Shown: one piece after another, positions 37,036 to 46,615 of the stretch | Layout of the letters: the number at the start of each line of letters is the position of its first letter | Numbering within the stretch: position 1 is the stretch's first letter | Source of the DNA: Bacteroidales bacterium | GTDB lineage: Bacteria; Bacteroidota; Bacteroidia; Bacteroidales; UBA1402 | Direction of reading: 5' to 3' | Length of the DNA: 64,000 nt | Assembly (NCBI GenBank): GCA_035719105.1 | Contig: DASTGN010000004.1 | Coordinates: 741,252 to 805,251, forward strand | Notes under the pieces: model-generated | Databases searched by the model: none | What the model saw: only the letters and a program-made list of their open reading frames with translations | What the model was told of the DNA's origin: nothing | Position numbers and translations under genes: made by a program

Positions 37036-38202
37036 TTAAGATTCCTCTTTTTCCACCATTGGTTTTTCATCGGTCGGGTGTTCGTTTTCTTCTGTAGGCG
37101 TGGAGACTAATTGCTCAATGAATTCCTTGTCAATGATGAAGCGCACGTAATAGGAAATAATCAGCGTGGTCATCGGCAAGGCAATAATCATTCCGACTAC
37201 CCCGAAAAGAGAACCCCAAATGGACAACGATAAAAGAATGATGGCTGGGTGGAGTCCCATTGCTTTACCCAGAATTTTTGGATTCAAGATGAGTTCTATA
37301 ACGACTTGCATGACCACAAATACTGCCAAGACGGACATCAAGACCCAGAAAAAAGGTTGATGATACTCGGCTGATTTGACGGCTGCAAGCATGATAGCAG
37401 GAATCAGGGCAAGGGTTTGCAGATAGGGTACCAGATGCATGACTCCAACCAACAATCCCAATACGATACCTAAAGGCAACCCGACCAAACTGAATCCGAT
37501 GGCGTACAGAATTCCTACAATAAGCGCAATTAATCCTTGGCCGCGGAAATAATGGTTCATCCCTTCTTTCAGATCTTCACCGACTTGAAGCACAAAAAGT
37601 CTGTAGTTCTTAGGAATCAGATTGATCCAACCTTCTGTGATTTTTTCGTAATCTTTCAATATGAAAATCAGGTACAACAAAACAACGAACACCACAAAGA
37701 TGTTCAAAATTAGGCTGGATGCTCCAGACATCACATCCCAAAGCCTTGGCAGAATCGATTTGACAAAGCCTTCTAAGTTGTCAAAATTGAACTGGCTCTG
37801 AATATCTATGGACTTCAGGAAGTTACGTATGCTTTCGATTAATTGCGGAGGGAATGTCCATTCTTGTTGTGGATCTTTTAAAAAGGCAGCGATGAGAATG
37901 CCTGCCCGCTGAGATTGTTCAATGATGGGCGGAATGAGAAAATAGATCGCAGCAGTCAATGCGCCGAAAACGGTGGTCAATGTAGCGATGATGGAAGGGA
38001 TTCTAAATTTGAAATGCAACTTGTACTGAAAGAATCCCACCAATGGATACATCAGGTAAGCTAAGAGCCAAGCAATGAGAAAAGGCAGTAACACTTCGCT
38101 CAAACGATTCACCAACAAACCTGCGGCTACGACAATCAGGATGCCGATAATGATGCGGACAACACGGTCCAGTGTAAAGGGTTTTGTGTTCCGGGGGCTC
38201 AT
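37036..38202 (-). CDS. AI-2E family transporter (PerM/UPF0118)
   Basis: Polytopic membrane protein with typical AI-2E topology and a GLxPxxxLLSLxxWGxLxGxxGxxxAxP C-terminal block. The ATG at 38202 is preferred; the track's TTG at 38223 lies inside the promoter box. Confidence 0.85.
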   Translation of the reverse strand: MSPRNTKPFTLDRVVRIIIGILIVVAAGLLVNRLSEVLLPFLIAWLLAYLMYPLVGFFQYKLHFKFRIPSIIATLTTVFGALTAAIYFLIPPIIEQSQRAGILIAAFLKDPQQEWTFPPQLIESIRNFLKSIDIQSQFNFDNLEGFVKSILPRLWDVMSGASSLILNIFVVFVVLLYLIFILKDYEKITEGWINLIPKNYRLFVLQVGEDLKEGMNHYFRGQGLIALIVGILYAIGFSLVGLPLGIVLGLLVGVMHLVPYLQTLALIPAIMLAAVKSAEYHQPFFWVLMSVLAVFVVMQVVIELILNPKILGKAMGLHPAIILLSLSIWGSLFGVVGMIIALPMTTLIISYYVRFIIDKEFIEQLVSTPTEENEHPTDEKPMVEKEES

Positions 38203-38220
38203 AATGTCATTATTTTTATA

Positions 38221-38228
38221 CAAATATA
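38221..38228 (-). promoter_or_regulatory. Bacteroidetes -7 promoter box
   Basis: TATATTTG on the minus strand; 18 nt gap to the ATG at 38202. Confidence 0.45.
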
Positions 38229-38271
38229 CCTAAAAACAACATTGAACGACGCTAGGAATGTTTTCGCAGGT

Positions 38272-38279
38272 TATCTTTG
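38272..38279 (+). promoter_or_regulatory. Bacteroidetes -7 promoter box
   Basis: TATCTTTG; 17 nt gap to the GTG at 38297. Confidence 0.45.
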
Positions 38280-38296
38280 TATAAAAATCAATCTTT

Positions 38297-39697
38297 GTGA
38301 ATATCCATAGAGTACTGTTGCTTCTTTGCATATCCATGTCGGCTTCTGCGCAAAATTTAAGTGTTTTTCGTTCGAAACCTTATGAACACGCTTCTGTCAG
38401 TGTTTGCGTACTTGATTTGAATAGCCCCAAAACAATTGCTCAATACCAACAGGCATTAAGTGTGACGCCTGCTTCGGTCCTTAAACTTCTGACCACTGGA
38501 GCAGCCTTGGAAATATTGGGCCTTGATTTCAAGTTTGAAACCAGAGGGTTGATCACCGGTGAAATCAAAAATAGTCAACTGACTGGTGATTTGCTGATTC
38601 AGGGTGGTGGTGACCCCAGCTTGGGTTCCAGGCAGATTTCTGACAAACCAGGTGCATTTTTGGCAGATTGGGTTCAAGCGGTACAGCGTGCAGGCATTAA
38701 GAAAATTGATGGACGGATTTTAGTAGACCCCAGCGCTTTCGATGATGAAGGGGTTTCACCATTCTGGCTTTGGGAAGACATCGGAAATTACTATGCTACT
38801 GGCATTTATGGCCTGAACGTATTTGACAATAGTTTTAAGTTGGAACTGAAATCTGGAAAAGCGGGCACAAAAGCCGAAATTTCCGGCATGACACCTTATA
38901 TATTGGGTCTTAACATCGAAAATCATTTATTGGCTGCCGACAACAGTTTGGATAGCGCTTATTTATACGGTGCACCCTATCAGTACGAAATGCGTTTGTT
39001 TGGAACGATGCCAGCTAACCGAACCGACTTTTCGATTCGGGGACAGATACCCGACCCTTCCACCTATTTGGCATTACGCTTGAAAGAGGAACTTCAGCGA
39101 GCTGGTATCGTTGTGGATGGTGAAGCCTTATCCACTCGGTTGCTTAATTATAGACCATCTAATCTTGGTCAAACCCTTTTTAAAACCCAATCCGAGCCTT
39201 TATCGCAGTTAATCCGCATTATTCATGGAAAAAGCGATAACTTCTATACCGAATGTTTGTTGCGCCGACTTGCTTGTTCGGTTTCCGATAAACCAGGTAG
39301 TGCAGGGGAGGGGATCCGGGTGGTCAAAACGTTCTGGCAAAAAAAAGGGTTGGATTTGAGTGCCTTGTCCATGTATGACGCCTGTGGACTCTCGCCTAAC
39401 GACCGCATTTCTGCCGAACTGTTGGCAAAGATTTTAAAATTAATGGCCTCCAATTCGGTTTTTGTGGAATCTTTACCGATGGCAGGAGTGGAAGGTACCG
39501 TTTCTGGTTTCCTGAAAGGTACCAAATTGGAAGGGAATCTTCGGCTTAAAAGCGGTTCCAACCAAGTTGTGAATTCTTATGCAGGTTATTACCGTAAAAA
39601 CGGGAAGGCTTACGCGTTGGTCATGATGGTCAACTATGCGAATGAAAGCCGGTCTAGAATTCGAAAGGATATGGAAACTTTTTTACTTTCACTGTGA
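38297..39697 (+). CDS. dacB: D-alanyl-D-alanine carboxypeptidase/endopeptidase (PBP4, peptidase S13)
   Basis: 466 aa. Signal peptide; SxxK motif PASVLKLLT; SGS/KTG-like region LKSGSN. Confidence 0.88.
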   Translation: MNIHRVLLLLCISMSASAQNLSVFRSKPYEHASVSVCVLDLNSPKTIAQYQQALSVTPASVLKLLTTGAALEILGLDFKFETRGLITGEIKNSQLTGDLLIQGGGDPSLGSRQISDKPGAFLADWVQAVQRAGIKKIDGRILVDPSAFDDEGVSPFWLWEDIGNYYATGIYGLNVFDNSFKLELKSGKAGTKAEISGMTPYILGLNIENHLLAADNSLDSAYLYGAPYQYEMRLFGTMPANRTDFSIRGQIPDPSTYLALRLKEELQRAGIVVDGEALSTRLLNYRPSNLGQTLFKTQSEPLSQLIRIIHGKSDNFYTECLLRRLACSVSDKPGSAGEGIRVVKTFWQKKGLDLSALSMYDACGLSPNDRISAELLAKILKLMASNSVFVESLPMAGVEGTVSGFLKGTKLEGNLRLKSGSNQVVNSYAGYYRKNGKAYALVMMVNYANESRSRIRKDMETFLLSL

Positions 39698-39706
39698 ATT
39701 TTTTAG

Positions 39707-39714
39707 TAAATTTG
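39707..39714 (+). promoter_or_regulatory. Bacteroidetes -7 promoter box
   Basis: TAAATTTG; 36 nt gap to the rsmI ATG. Confidence 0.45.
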
Positions 39715-39750
39715 TAGCATCAAATTCCGCTGTAATTTGCTCAAAATGAT

Positions 39751-40425
39751 ATGTCCAAACTATTTATAGTACCCACCCCGGTTGGCAATCTGGAGGACAT
39801 CACCCTCAGGGCGCTCAGAATTCTGAAGGAATGTGACCTCATCCTTGCTGAAGACACTCGCACCACCTCTCATTTATTAAAACATTTCAATATCGAGACT
39901 CCAATGATGTCTCACCATAAGTTCAACGAACACAAAACCGTGGATCAGGTAGCAGATCGCATTTTAGCCGGTGAAACCATTGCCTTGGTTTCAGACGCTG
40001 GTACTCCTGGTATTTCCGACCCTGGGTTTCTTTTGGTACGCCAATGTGTATCAAAAGGCGTGGAAATTGAATGTTTGCCCGGTGCCACGGCTTTTGTTCC
40101 AGCTTTGGTGGATTCTGGTCTGCCGACCGATCGATTCCATTTTGAGGGTTTTCTTCCGGTCAAGAAAGGCAGACAAACCCGTTTAAAGGAATTGGCCGTA
40201 TTGCCGGTAACCTTTGTTCTTTACGAGTCTCCCTATCGAGTATTGAAAACCCTTGCCCAACTCGCTGAATTTTGCGGACCTGAACGAAAGGTTTCTGCCA
40301 GCCGTGAAATCAGCAAAATGTTTGAACAAACTGTTCGGGGAAGTTTGCAGGAGCTGACGGAACATTTTACAAAAACCGAACCTCGGGGCGAATTTGTTCT
40401 GGTGGTAGCTGGTTTGGAAAATTAA
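39751..40425 (+). CDS. rsmI: 16S rRNA (cytidine1402-2'-O)-methyltransferase
   Basis: LFIVPTPVGNLEDITLRALRILKECDLILAEDTR and SDAGTPGISDPG motifs. Confidence 0.93.
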   Translation: MSKLFIVPTPVGNLEDITLRALRILKECDLILAEDTRTTSHLLKHFNIETPMMSHHKFNEHKTVDQVADRILAGETIALVSDAGTPGISDPGFLLVRQCVSKGVEIECLPGATAFVPALVDSGLPTDRFHFEGFLPVKKGRQTRLKELAVLPVTFVLYESPYRVLKTLAQLAEFCGPERKVSASREISKMFEQTVRGSLQELTEHFTKTEPRGEFVLVVAGLEN

Positions 40426-40453
40426 ACCATTAACGTTTAAATTGACAAAACGT

Positions 40454-41302
40454 ATGAAAAATTGGATGTTTTGCCTGCTGGTGCCCATGGTGCTGACGGC
40501 TTGCAATTACAAAACAGACGCTTACAAGTCGCTGGAACAGGAAAAAGATTCCTTGTTACTCGAAGAACAGAAGAAAACAGCACAGTTGAACCAGGTTTTG
40601 GCCGTGATGAATCTGATTGAAGATAACTTCACCCAAATTCGCGCTGCCGAAGATTTCGTGTCTTTCCAAACAGGGCAGGAACAACTGACGGAAGATAGCA
40701 TGCAACGGGTCGTTGAGAATCTGGATCTGATTAAAACAACTTTGACCGATAATAGAAAGCAAATTGCATCGCTCAAGAAACAATTGGACAAAAGCAAGTC
40801 TTCTTCCAGGGATTTGAAAAAACTCATTGAACGGTTGAACAGTAAAATCGAAGAACACACGCAACTCATCACGAGGCTTCAAGAAGAGTTGGCGTTAAAA
40901 GACATTCGAATCGCTGAACTTGACCAATTGGTTACCGAATTGAACACCAGCTTGACCGACGTTCAGGAAAACGTAGTGCAAAAAGAAAGGACCATCGCTA
41001 CACAGGATGCACAGCTCAACAAAGTCTGGTATGTTTTTGGAACCCGCAAGGAACTCAAAGAACAGGAGATTTTCACCAGAAACGGTTTATTGGAAGAAGG
41101 GTTTAACAAAAGTTACTTTTTGGAATCGGATATACGCAAAGTGTCAGAAATCTCACTTTATTCCAAAAAGGCCAAATTGCTCACTAATCATCCTGCAAGC
41201 AGTTATGTTTTAGAGAAAGTGAACGATTATTTGGTGTTGAAGATTACAAATCCGAACAAATTCTGGGAGATATCGCACTACTTAGTTATTGAAGTGGATT
41301 AA
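40454..41302 (+). CDS. coiled-coil lipoprotein, function unknown
   Basis: Lipobox MVLTAC; long heptad-like E/K/Q/L-rich central region; globular C-terminus. The ATG at 40454 is preferred to the track's TTG at 40442. Confidence 0.7.
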   Translation: MKNWMFCLLVPMVLTACNYKTDAYKSLEQEKDSLLLEEQKKTAQLNQVLAVMNLIEDNFTQIRAAEDFVSFQTGQEQLTEDSMQRVVENLDLIKTTLTDNRKQIASLKKQLDKSKSSSRDLKKLIERLNSKIEEHTQLITRLQEELALKDIRIAELDQLVTELNTSLTDVQENVVQKERTIATQDAQLNKVWYVFGTRKELKEQEIFTRNGLLEEGFNKSYFLESDIRKVSEISLYSKKAKLLTNHPASSYVLEKVNDYLVLKITNPNKFWEISHYLVIEVD

Positions 41303-41340
41303 TTCTTGCATTTTTTTACTTCAACCGCTCGTCTTTTTGA

Positions 41341-41389
41341 AAGCACCGAGTCAGTTTTAAGGCTGATTCGGTGCCTTTTTTTTTCTATT
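41341..41389 (+). terminator. rho-independent terminator
   Basis: 14-bp stem aagcaccgagtcag / ctgattcggtgcct followed by T10. Confidence 0.85.
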
Positions 41390-41697
41390 TTGCGGAAAAC
41401 GGAAACTAATATTTTTATCAAATATGATTAATATATTATATGTAAGTTAAATAATCTGTATTTGAGGTATTTTTTAGTATAAAATATAGGGAGTTGTTTA
41501 AAATATGTTTTAACAATTCGCCCTATTGTTATAATTGTATAAAAATCAGATTATCAATCGAATAAATTGTTAACAAGTGGCATATTTCATCTTTTATACC
41601 TCTGAAACCCCATAAAATGAGGGCTTCATCAATGCTTTTTTCATTTAATCACCTATTTTATCTTTCCACTCAGTTGTAATTATATTCAATTAAAGTG

Positions 41698-41705
41698 TAT
41701 ATATT
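41698..41705 (+). promoter_or_regulatory. Bacteroidetes -7 promoter box upstream of susC-like gene
   Basis: TATATTTG. This is the only exact TAnnTTTG I found in the 41390-41835 leader; 130 nt gap to the ATG. Confidence 0.4.
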
Positions 41706-41835
41706 TGCCTGACTGGTTAAATAGAGTTAATTAATTCGACCCGGGGAAAACAATCTTAACAATCCCTCGAGCCGTTATTTTTAGCGTTCAGCTGGTGAGG
41801 AACTTATTTTTTTAATTAATACAAACGAGAAATCT

Positions 41836-44800
41836 ATGAGAAAACTAGTGTTCTTATTAGCTTGCCTATTTTGGGTGGGCATAGGTTTGGTTAATGCTCA
41901 ATCAAAATCGATAGCCGGTAAGGTTGTTTCGGGAGATGATGGGCAACCTGTGGTAGGTGCTACCATCAGAGTGAAAGGTGCCGCAGGCGGTACCATTACC
42001 GATGCAGTTGGTGAGTTCAAGTTGAACATACCTTCATCAGCAAAAACGCTGGTAGTTAGCTATATAGGTATGCTGACTCAAGAATTAGAAGCACGTGATA
42101 ATATGATTGTCACGCTTCAGCCAGACTCAAAACAAGTCAACGAGGTGGTAGTAATCGGTACTGCGCTGGGTATTAAACGCCAACAACGAGAAGTTGGATA
42201 TGCAGCGACCACCATTAAGAGCAATTTTATTACACAGGCAAACTCAGTCAATGTGCAGCAAGCTTTGAATGGAAAAGTTTCAGGTTTGAACATTACAACC
42301 GTAAACAGTGGTGTGTTTGAAGATGCAAAAATTAACATTCGCGGTATTCGTTCACTTACAGGTAACAATCAACCCATGTTGGTATTGGATGGTGCTCCTG
42401 TCAGCTTGAGCTACCTCTACTCCATTGCTCCTGAAGACATCCAGGAAATCACTGTACTAAAGAGCGGTGCTTCGGCAGCTCTATATGGTCCGGATGCTGT
42501 AAATGGTGTTATAATGGTAACCACCAAGAAAGGTGATACTGATAATACCAAAGTTTCATTGACTTCATCCATGCAGATGAGCAGTGTAGCTTACTTCCCA
42601 AAACTTCAGTCTATTTTCGGTGCTGGCGCTGGTGAAGTTCAAGATGAATTCGGAAATTATGGTTATGTTCCTTACGAAAACCAACAATATGGCCCACGTT
42701 ACGATGGAACAATGCAAGATATTGGTATTACCCTAGAAGATGGATCTGTTTTGAGAGGTCCTTATTCCAATAAATATGGCTCCGATAAGGTGAAATTTTG
42801 GAATACAGGTTACACCTTCCAGAATGCAGTATCCTTATCCAGCAAAGATTTCTTTTTCAGTTTGTCCAATGCGGACATCCGTGGTTTGATGCCAAACGAC
42901 AAGAATAGAAGAACTACAATGCGTTTCAATTCTGGCAAACAATACAACAACTTGACACTTGCTTATAACGTAAATTATACAAACTCTCAGTGGGACGTTG
43001 TTGATGAAAGCTTGATGCCTGATTTGACTCAAAGTTCCTACACTGGTAGTATACTTTCCCAAATCATGCAGGTCCCTGGAAATGTTCCTTTGATTTCTGT
43101 CTATGGAGATAAGAATAGTAAATGGAGCAAATATGAAAACTATTTCAATGAATTTGCAATCAATCCTTTCTGGATTATTGACAATCTCCGTCAGAAGGGT
43201 ACGAGTCACGAAATGGTTGGAACGTTTGATGCCACCTATACCTTTGCTAAATGGTTGAAAGCCAATTTAAAGGCCAGCACCAACTTCACCACTTCCTATA
43301 CAAAGAGTTCGATGGGTGCAATGTCTGTTTCAGACTGGACTTTGGCAAATCGTGATAATACTTCTTACCACAACCAAGCAGGTGAAGTTTTTACTTCGCA
43401 AACCACCAACAGCCGTATGAACCTCGACTATTATCTTAATGGTGAATACGACGCAACCAGCGACCTCACTGTCAAGTATGTATTGGGGGGATCTACCCGT
43501 CAAACCGACTACGCCAATGTTTATGTCGGAGGTTACAATCTAACAGTACCCAACTTGTATAATGTATCTGTACGTTCCGGTGATGCTTATGTTCCCGCTG
43601 GTACAGCCAATGCTACCATTCAGACACGTTTGCTATCTGCGTATGGCAACTTGACCTTTGGCTACAAGAAGTATTTGTACCTCGAATTAACAGGACGAAA
43701 CGACTGGGATAGCCGCTTACTCTCTAAAAATCGTTCCGTATTTTACCCGGCTGCCAATGTCTCTGCCATTCTTTCGGACATTTTGCCTGAATTGAAAGAA
43801 GGTGATATCAACTACTTGAAAGTTCGTTCTGCATGGAGCAAATCCGGTAACGTTAACTTGGCTGCATACCAATTAAATCCCACTTTTGCATTAGGAGTTG
43901 GTTTCCCGTTTGGAAGTAATGTAGGTTATACTGCTGGCAACACCATACCCAGTCTGAACCTGTTGCCCGAATATGTTGAAACCATCGAAGCTGGTGTGGA
44001 ATTAGGCTTATTTGAAGACAGAATCCATTTGGATCTTTCTGCTTACAACCAGAACAATACCAATCAGATTCTATCAGTTACACAATCTTGGACTACTGGT
44101 TATCCGACTGGTTTATCCAATGCAGCTAGTTTCCGCAATTATGGTGCTGAATTGGAAGTCAATGTTACTCCTCTTGTAAAAATAGGTTCGGGTGACTTAA
44201 ATTTGAAGTTCAATGCTTCGTACAATGACAATAAAGTAACAAGTACATTGAATGACAATCCTGTTGTTCTTTCAGGTAATAGCAACTTTATTCAAAATGC
44301 AGCCAGTAACCCCACCATCAATAACATTGCATTGGTAGGACAATCTGCTTTTGCATTCCAAATGACTGATTATGTTCGTGATCCTAAAACTGGAAAGGTC
44401 ATCGTTGATGCAACAACCGGTAATCCTGCTTTGGCTAGCGAAATGGTTGTAAAAGGTAGAACCATGCCGAAATGGATTGTTGGTATTACACCTTCATACA
44501 ATATTGGTCATTTTAATATCTCAATGACTTGGGATTTCAAGACAGGTCACAATTTTTATGCCGGACAAGGTGCCGATATGGACTTTGCAGGTATTTCAGC
44601 CCGTTCAGCACAATATGGACGTGAACGCTTCGTTTTCCCGAACTCAGTTTATAAGAGTGGAAAGGATGAAAGTGGAAATCCAATTTATTCAAACAACACC
44701 AATATACTTGTGTCGGACGGCAACTATGGTTTCTGGACAGGTAAGACCACCAATACAGGTATCGCAACCAATTATTTCGCCAGTGCAGCTGCTTGGAGAC

Positions 44801-45039
44801 TTCGCGAATTGAATGTAACCTACAACCTGCCTAAGGAAATGCTAAAGGAAACAAAATACCTATCAGCAGCTTCAATCAGTCTCGTAGGAAAGAATCTGCT
44901 CATGTTTGTTCCTTCTTCCAACCAATGGGGTGATCCTGAATTCAACTTCTCATCATCCGGTAACACCATGGGTATCAGCAGTACCTATCAATCGCCGGCT
45001 TCACGCTTCTTTGGTGCAACCCTCAATGTACAGTTCTGA
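41836..45039 (+). CDS. SusC/RagA-family TonB-dependent outer-membrane transporter
   Basis: 1067 aa. Signal peptide; carboxypeptidase-regulatory-like domain (GKVVSGDDGQPVVGATIRVKG); plug (IRGIRSLTGNNQPMLVLDG); C-terminal F. No N-terminal STN extension. Confidence 0.93.
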   Translation: MRKLVFLLACLFWVGIGLVNAQSKSIAGKVVSGDDGQPVVGATIRVKGAAGGTITDAVGEFKLNIPSSAKTLVVSYIGMLTQELEARDNMIVTLQPDSKQVNEVVVIGTALGIKRQQREVGYAATTIKSNFITQANSVNVQQALNGKVSGLNITTVNSGVFEDAKINIRGIRSLTGNNQPMLVLDGAPVSLSYLYSIAPEDIQEITVLKSGASAALYGPDAVNGVIMVTTKKGDTDNTKVSLTSSMQMSSVAYFPKLQSIFGAGAGEVQDEFGNYGYVPYENQQYGPRYDGTMQDIGITLEDGSVLRGPYSNKYGSDKVKFWNTGYTFQNAVSLSSKDFFFSLSNADIRGLMPNDKNRRTTMRFNSGKQYNNLTLAYNVNYTNSQWDVVDESLMPDLTQSSYTGSILSQIMQVPGNVPLISVYGDKNSKWSKYENYFNEFAINPFWIIDNLRQKGTSHEMVGTFDATYTFAKWLKANLKASTNFTTSYTKSSMGAMSVSDWTLANRDNTSYHNQAGEVFTSQTTNSRMNLDYYLNGEYDATSDLTVKYVLGGSTRQTDYANVYVGGYNLTVPNLYNVSVRSGDAYVPAGTANATIQTRLLSAYGNLTFGYKKYLYLELTGRNDWDSRLLSKNRSVFYPAANVSAILSDILPELKEGDINYLKVRSAWSKSGNVNLAAYQLNPTFALGVGFPFGSNVGYTAGNTIPSLNLLPEYVETIEAGVELGLFEDRIHLDLSAYNQNNTNQILSVTQSWTTGYPTGLSNAASFRNYGAELEVNVTPLVKIGSGDLNLKFNASYNDNKVTSTLNDNPVVLSGNSNFIQNAASNPTINNIALVGQSAFAFQMTDYVRDPKTGKVIVDATTGNPALASEMVVKGRTMPKWIVGITPSYNIGHFNISMTWDFKTGHNFYAGQGADMDFAGISARSAQYGRERFVFPNSVYKSGKDESGNPIYSNNTNILVSDGNYGFWTGKTTNTGIATNYFASAAAWRLRELNVTYNLPKEMLKETKYLSAASISLVGKNLLMFVPSSNQWGDPEFNFSSSGNTMGISSTYQSPASRFFGATLNVQF

Positions 45040-45062
45040 TAACTTTAAAAATCGAGATTGAT

Positions 45063-46562
45063 ATGAAAAGAATTAAAAATATATTGAAACTGTCGCTTGT
45101 AGCAACTGTTTTTGTAACTAGCTCTTGTAATGGTTTTCTGGATGTAAACGAGAATCCGAATGCTGTTACTGACAAGAACATTACTCCGGAACTGCTGTTT
45201 CCGCAAACACAAACAGCCCTTGCAAACCGTCAAGCAAGTCGGTTTGTTTTCCTCAACAACTGGATGGGCTATTGGTCTCGCTCTGGTACGTTTATCCCTG
45301 AACAGGAAGAAACTACCTACAAAATCACTAGTACTTTCATTGAAACCAATTGGGATAATGCGTACAACATTTTGTATGATTTGAATTTGGTTAAGACCTT
45401 ATCATTGGCTAAAGGTGATAAGTTTCTGGCTGGCGCAGCAACAGTACTTTCTGTGAAGCTATGGCAAGAGGTTGTTGACATGTACGGTGATGTACCTTAT
45501 TCAAAAGCCTTTAGTTATGAAGAAAATCCACGTCCAGCCTATGATGCTGCTGCGGATATTTATGATGATTTATTGGTACAATTGGATTCGGCCGTATTGT
45601 ATCTGAACACAACACCCAAGAGTTCTTTTCCAAATTTGGACATGATTTATTGTCGTGCAAATTCTGACAAAATTGATGATGCAGTCGTTTTCTGGAATAA
45701 GTTTGCAAACACGATTCGTCTTCGTGTTCTCTTGCGCCAATCAGCAGTTGTCACAAATGCAACTGTAACCGCAGAAATGGCTAAAATTGTTTCCAATGGT
45801 GGCTTGCTTGCCGCTGGAGAAAATGTTCAAGTCAATCCGGGCTATGTCAATGAAACCGACAAACAATCTCCTTTCTATGCAAACTTTGGTCAGACACCAA
45901 CAGGTTCTGCTGCAAGTACGAATAATAGAGCCAACAATTACTTCTTGACTACTGTTCTTAAGGGCAAAACTGACCCCAGAACAACCCGTTTTTTCAAAGC
46001 TCCTGTTACAGGTACCGATTATGGTGCATTGAATGGAAATGCGAATGGAGTTGCACAACTTCAGGGTTCAGACATGGGACCTGGTCTAGCTGGTTCAGCC
46101 ACTCAAGATGCATGGATTTTGCCCGCATTCGAAGCATTGTTCCTAAAAGCTGAAGCCATTCAACGTGGCTGGTTGACCGGTGATGCTCAAGCTGTTTATG
46201 AATCTGCCATCACTGAAAATTTCACTTGGTTGGGAGCTGCAGACGCTGATATTTATTTGACGTCCTCACAAGCATCTTGGACTGACCCTGCTAACGCAAA
46301 TAAGATTAAGCTTATTTCATATCAGAAATATATTGCTTTATGTGGCATTGATCCATTGGAATCATACTCTGATCTTCGCAGAATCGGTGGTGGCTTAAGT
46401 CTTGCTGTTGATGGAAATACAGGATTTCTTTCATATAATGCAGTTCGTGCACCACATCTTCCGTACATAATGCCTTATCCACAATCAGAATATACGGCTA
46501 ATGTTGCAAACGTACCAAGTAAAGTTGATATTTTCAGCGAAAAGCTATTCTGGCAACCTTGA
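45063..46562 (+). CDS. SusD/RagB-family nutrient-binding lipoprotein
   Basis: 499 aa. Lipobox VTSSC; NGFLDVNENPN start typical of SusD-like proteins; located directly after susC. Confidence 0.9.
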   Translation: MKRIKNILKLSLVATVFVTSSCNGFLDVNENPNAVTDKNITPELLFPQTQTALANRQASRFVFLNNWMGYWSRSGTFIPEQEETTYKITSTFIETNWDNAYNILYDLNLVKTLSLAKGDKFLAGAATVLSVKLWQEVVDMYGDVPYSKAFSYEENPRPAYDAAADIYDDLLVQLDSAVLYLNTTPKSSFPNLDMIYCRANSDKIDDAVVFWNKFANTIRLRVLLRQSAVVTNATVTAEMAKIVSNGGLLAAGENVQVNPGYVNETDKQSPFYANFGQTPTGSAASTNNRANNYFLTTVLKGKTDPRTTRFFKAPVTGTDYGALNGNANGVAQLQGSDMGPGLAGSATQDAWILPAFEALFLKAEAIQRGWLTGDAQAVYESAITENFTWLGAADADIYLTSSQASWTDPANANKIKLISYQKYIALCGIDPLESYSDLRRIGGGLSLAVDGNTGFLSYNAVRAPHLPYIMPYPQSEYTANVANVPSKVDIFSEKLFWQP

Positions 46563-46615
46563 TTTAAGTACGATAAAAGATTTTATTAATAACTATTCCA
46601 AGTAAAAAATAGATT

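Noticed and set aside
41566-41763. A confident call of a phase-variable invertible promoter upstream of the susC-like gene.
   Set aside because: The inverted repeats are only 8 bp in a region of about 15-25% G+C, where such matches occur by chance. No site-specific recombinase is encoded nearby. I kept it only as a hypothesis in the findings.
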